Part shown: piece by piece, positions 62,061 through 64,000 of the stretch | Numbering within the stretch: position 1 is the first letter of the stretch | How the letters are laid out: each line of letters starts with the position of its first letter | From: an uncultured Gemmatimonadales bacterium | GTDB lineage: Bacteria; Gemmatimonadota; Gemmatimonadetes; Gemmatimonadales; GWC2-71-9 | Direction: 5' to 3' | NCBI GenBank assembly: GCA_963748815.1 | Contig: CAVVKJ010000010.1 | Coordinates: 320,001 to 384,000 of the forward strand | Length of the DNA stretch: 64,000 bases | Notes under the pieces: model-generated | Told to the model about the DNA's origin: nothing | Database searches by the model: none | Seen by the model: the letters and a program-made list of their open reading frames with translations, nothing else | Program-made: the position numbers and the translations under genes

Positions 62061-63999
62061 GCGGCCTCCGGAGTCTTGCCACGCCATCGGCGAGGAGCAT
62101 CAGGAGGAGCAGTGCCAGGATGCTGAAGGTGACGGTCTTGCCGCGCTGGTAGGCGCCGGAGCTGAAGGTGAGTTCCACCACCCTGGCCCCCGCGGGCACC
62201 GGCACGGTCATGAGGGAAAACTGCGCCCGGACCACCTCGGCCGGCTGACCGTCCACGGTGGCGTGCCAGTCGGGATACCAGTTCTCCGAGACCGACAGGA
62301 AGGCGTCCTGTGCCGCCGGACTTGCCAGGGTAAAGCGATAGAGCCCTTCCCTCGGCATTTCCGTCTTCACCGGATCCTCGATGACCTCCACCGCCCCGAG
62401 GGGCGCGGACACGCCGACCGGGGCGTCCTCCGGCACCAGCACGAAGCGGCGCCCATCGAAACGGGGGTCGGCGAGGGTCGCGATCATCTGGTCTTCCGGC
62501 ACCTTGATGGCCATCGGGACCAGCGACGCGAACGGCTGCGCCTCCTCGAACCGGTACACGTAGGCCTGCGGTCCGTCATGGGTCGGCACCGGGCCGGCCA
62601 CGGGCGTCAGCGACATCCCCTCGATCGGTTGCGACAGCACGACGTATTTCACGGCGAGGAGGCGCCAGATGCTGGGGCTGCCGATGTTCTTCCACTCGTT
62701 CTTGCCGCCGAGCAGTTCGTCGTACCGGTGCAGCTCCTGGCCGTTGTAGCCGAGGACCGACCGGATCCGGTGCGTCATCAGGTAGTTGCGATTCTCGTCA
62801 TACACGCCGTACGGGAGCACCCGGTAGATGCTGCTGTCCCCCTGCACCGCCTGGACGACGCCGTCGGCGGCGAAGCTCTCCGACGCCGGCGGGGTCCACT
62901 GGATGAACTGACGCTCCACGGTCCACAGGTCAAGGAGGACGACGGCGCCGACGGCGAGGCCCCACACGGCCTGCGGAAACCGACGCCAGAGCAGTCCGAT
63001 GGTGAGGAGGCCGAAGAAGAGGACCCGCACCGCGTCGAGCCGAAAGTTCGGGTAGTTGGTAATGACCCCGCCGAACCGTTGCGGGTCGGCCATGAGCTCC
63101 ATGAATGGCTGGATGCCCCCGGCGACCGCGAGCAGGGTCAGCACGCCAAGTCCGCCGGCCAGCCAGGCGAGGCGTTTGCGGCGGACGGCGTCGTCGAGCT
63201 GCAGCAGCGCCTGCACGCCCATCGCGGCCAGTGCGGCGGCGCTGAAGGAGACGAGGAAGAAGATCATCGACGGCACCCGGGTCTTGCTGATGCCGGGCAG
63301 GATGGTGTACGGAATCCGGTAGAACGGCGTGTACCCGCCGAAGGCGAAGAGCAGCCCGTAGCCGGTCAGGAAGACGAAGAACCAGGCGAGCCGCTTCCGC
63401 CCCTCCAGCAGAAACCCGAACGACGCGAGGATGAGCGCGGCCACACCGACATAGTCGCTGTGGAGCTTGAACGGGTTCCGGCCCCAGTAGTCGCGGAGGT
63501 TGCCCATGAAGGCGGGCCAGAGGGTGCCGATCACTTCCTCCGGGGGCATCGACCACCCGGTGCCGTACTCGTATCCGGTGCTGCTGCTACCTTCCGCCCC
63601 GCGGGGGGAGTACTGGATGTACTCGAAGAACGGCATCAGCTGGATGGCAGCCAGCGCGAAGCCCAGCCCCAGGGCGCCCACGAAGTAGAGCGCCATCGTC
63701 GGCCACGACGTCCCGGCGGCCCGCTCACCACTCAGGAAGACGAGGTAGAGCCACCAGAACCCGGCCGCCATCAGCAGGTAGTAGGTGAGCTGCACATGCG
63801 GGGTGATCAGGGAGAGTCCGACGGTCACGCCGAATCCCACGTAGCCCCGCCACGACGGGCCGGTGACGCCCTTGTACAGGAAGTAGAGCGCCAGCGGCAG
63901 GAGGGCGCTCACGAAGAGCTTGCCATCGTGCCCGGGGCTGACCAGCGACACGATCTGGCCGCTCATCAGGTACGCCGCGCCCCCGGTGAACGCCGCGCT
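62053..63999 (-). CDS. YfhO-like polytopic membrane protein (GT-C fold candidate), 5' end outside window
   Basis: Many TM helices, GH..K, H.Q..YY, C-terminal SENWYP.W.ATVDG...V.VPAG...V.L.F. Confidence 0.75.
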   Translation of the reverse strand, partial: SAAFTGGAAYLMSGQIVSLVSPGHDGKLFVSALLPLALYFLYKGVTGPSWRGYVGFGVTVGLSLITPHVQLTYYLLMAAGFWWLYLVFLSGERAAGTSWPTMALYFVGALGLGFALAAIQLMPFFEYIQYSPRGAEGSSSTGYEYGTGWSMPPEEVIGTLWPAFMGNLRDYWGRNPFKLHSDYVGVAALILASFGFLLEGRKRLAWFFVFLTGYGLLFAFGGYTPFYRIPYTILPGISKTRVPSMIFFLVSFSAAALAAMGVQALLQLDDAVRRKRLAWLAGGLGVLTLLAVAGGIQPFMELMADPQRFGGVITNYPNFRLDAVRVLFFGLLTIGLLWRRFPQAVWGLAVGAVVLLDLWTVERQFIQWTPPASESFAADGVVQAVQGDSSIYRVLPYGVYDENRNYLMTHRIRSVLGYNGQELHRYDELLGGKNEWKNIGSPSIWRLLAVKYVVLSQPIEGMSLTPVAGPVPTHDGPQAYVYRFEEAQPFASLVPMAIKVPEDQMIATLADPRFDGRRFVLVPEDAPVGVSAPLGAVEVIEDPVKTEMPREGLYRFTLASPAAQDAFLSVSENWYPDWHATVDGQPAEVVRAQFSLMTVPVPAGARVVELTFSSGAYQRGKTVTFSILALLLLMLLADGVARLRRPRG

Positions 64000-64000
64000 C

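Overview
This is a high-GC core-genome window, most likely from Gemmatimonadota (inferred from 16S appearance and gene order, not from a search). Several single-base frameshifts in essential genes suggest a long-read or MAG assembly. Almost all genes up to 60,275 are on the + strand: mqnC-ispF-dedA-xerD, a complete 16S-23S-5S rRNA operon with no spacer tRNA, era, trm112, a Clp_N-Ca2+/H+ antiporter fusion, a diguanylate cyclase, prfB (programmed +1 frameshift)-lysS-lolCE-lolD-mcsA-mcsB-clpC-bamA-skp-lpxD-lpxC/fabZ-lpxA-gnnA-like-lpxB-lpxK, gdhA, rlmH, methyltransferase-bshC, murJ, uvrC, thrC, larC and tRNA-Gly. A small accessory islet follows (EEP lipoprotein, divergent C39-like peptidase and ATP-grasp ligase, acidic lipoprotein), then radical SAM-der-plsY-gpsA-merR-surE-pcm-dedA-acyP-apt and tRNA-Arg. 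A 28-bp dif-like XerC/XerD site lies at 60,363-60,390. Gene orientation and KOPS-like octamers flip there, so the window probably spans the replication terminus. The most notable candidates are: (1) a Ca2+/H+ antiporter with a ClpC-type phospho-arginine-reader N-domain and Arg-rich linker, near the McsB arginine kinase; (2) DnaA-box-like sites and a recurrent 25-bp symmetric IHF-like motif packed against dif; (3) a divergent peptidase/ATP-grasp pair; (4) a probable N-methyl-bacillithiol locus; (5) two probable CTG start codons. No CRISPR array, transposase or prophage was seen.
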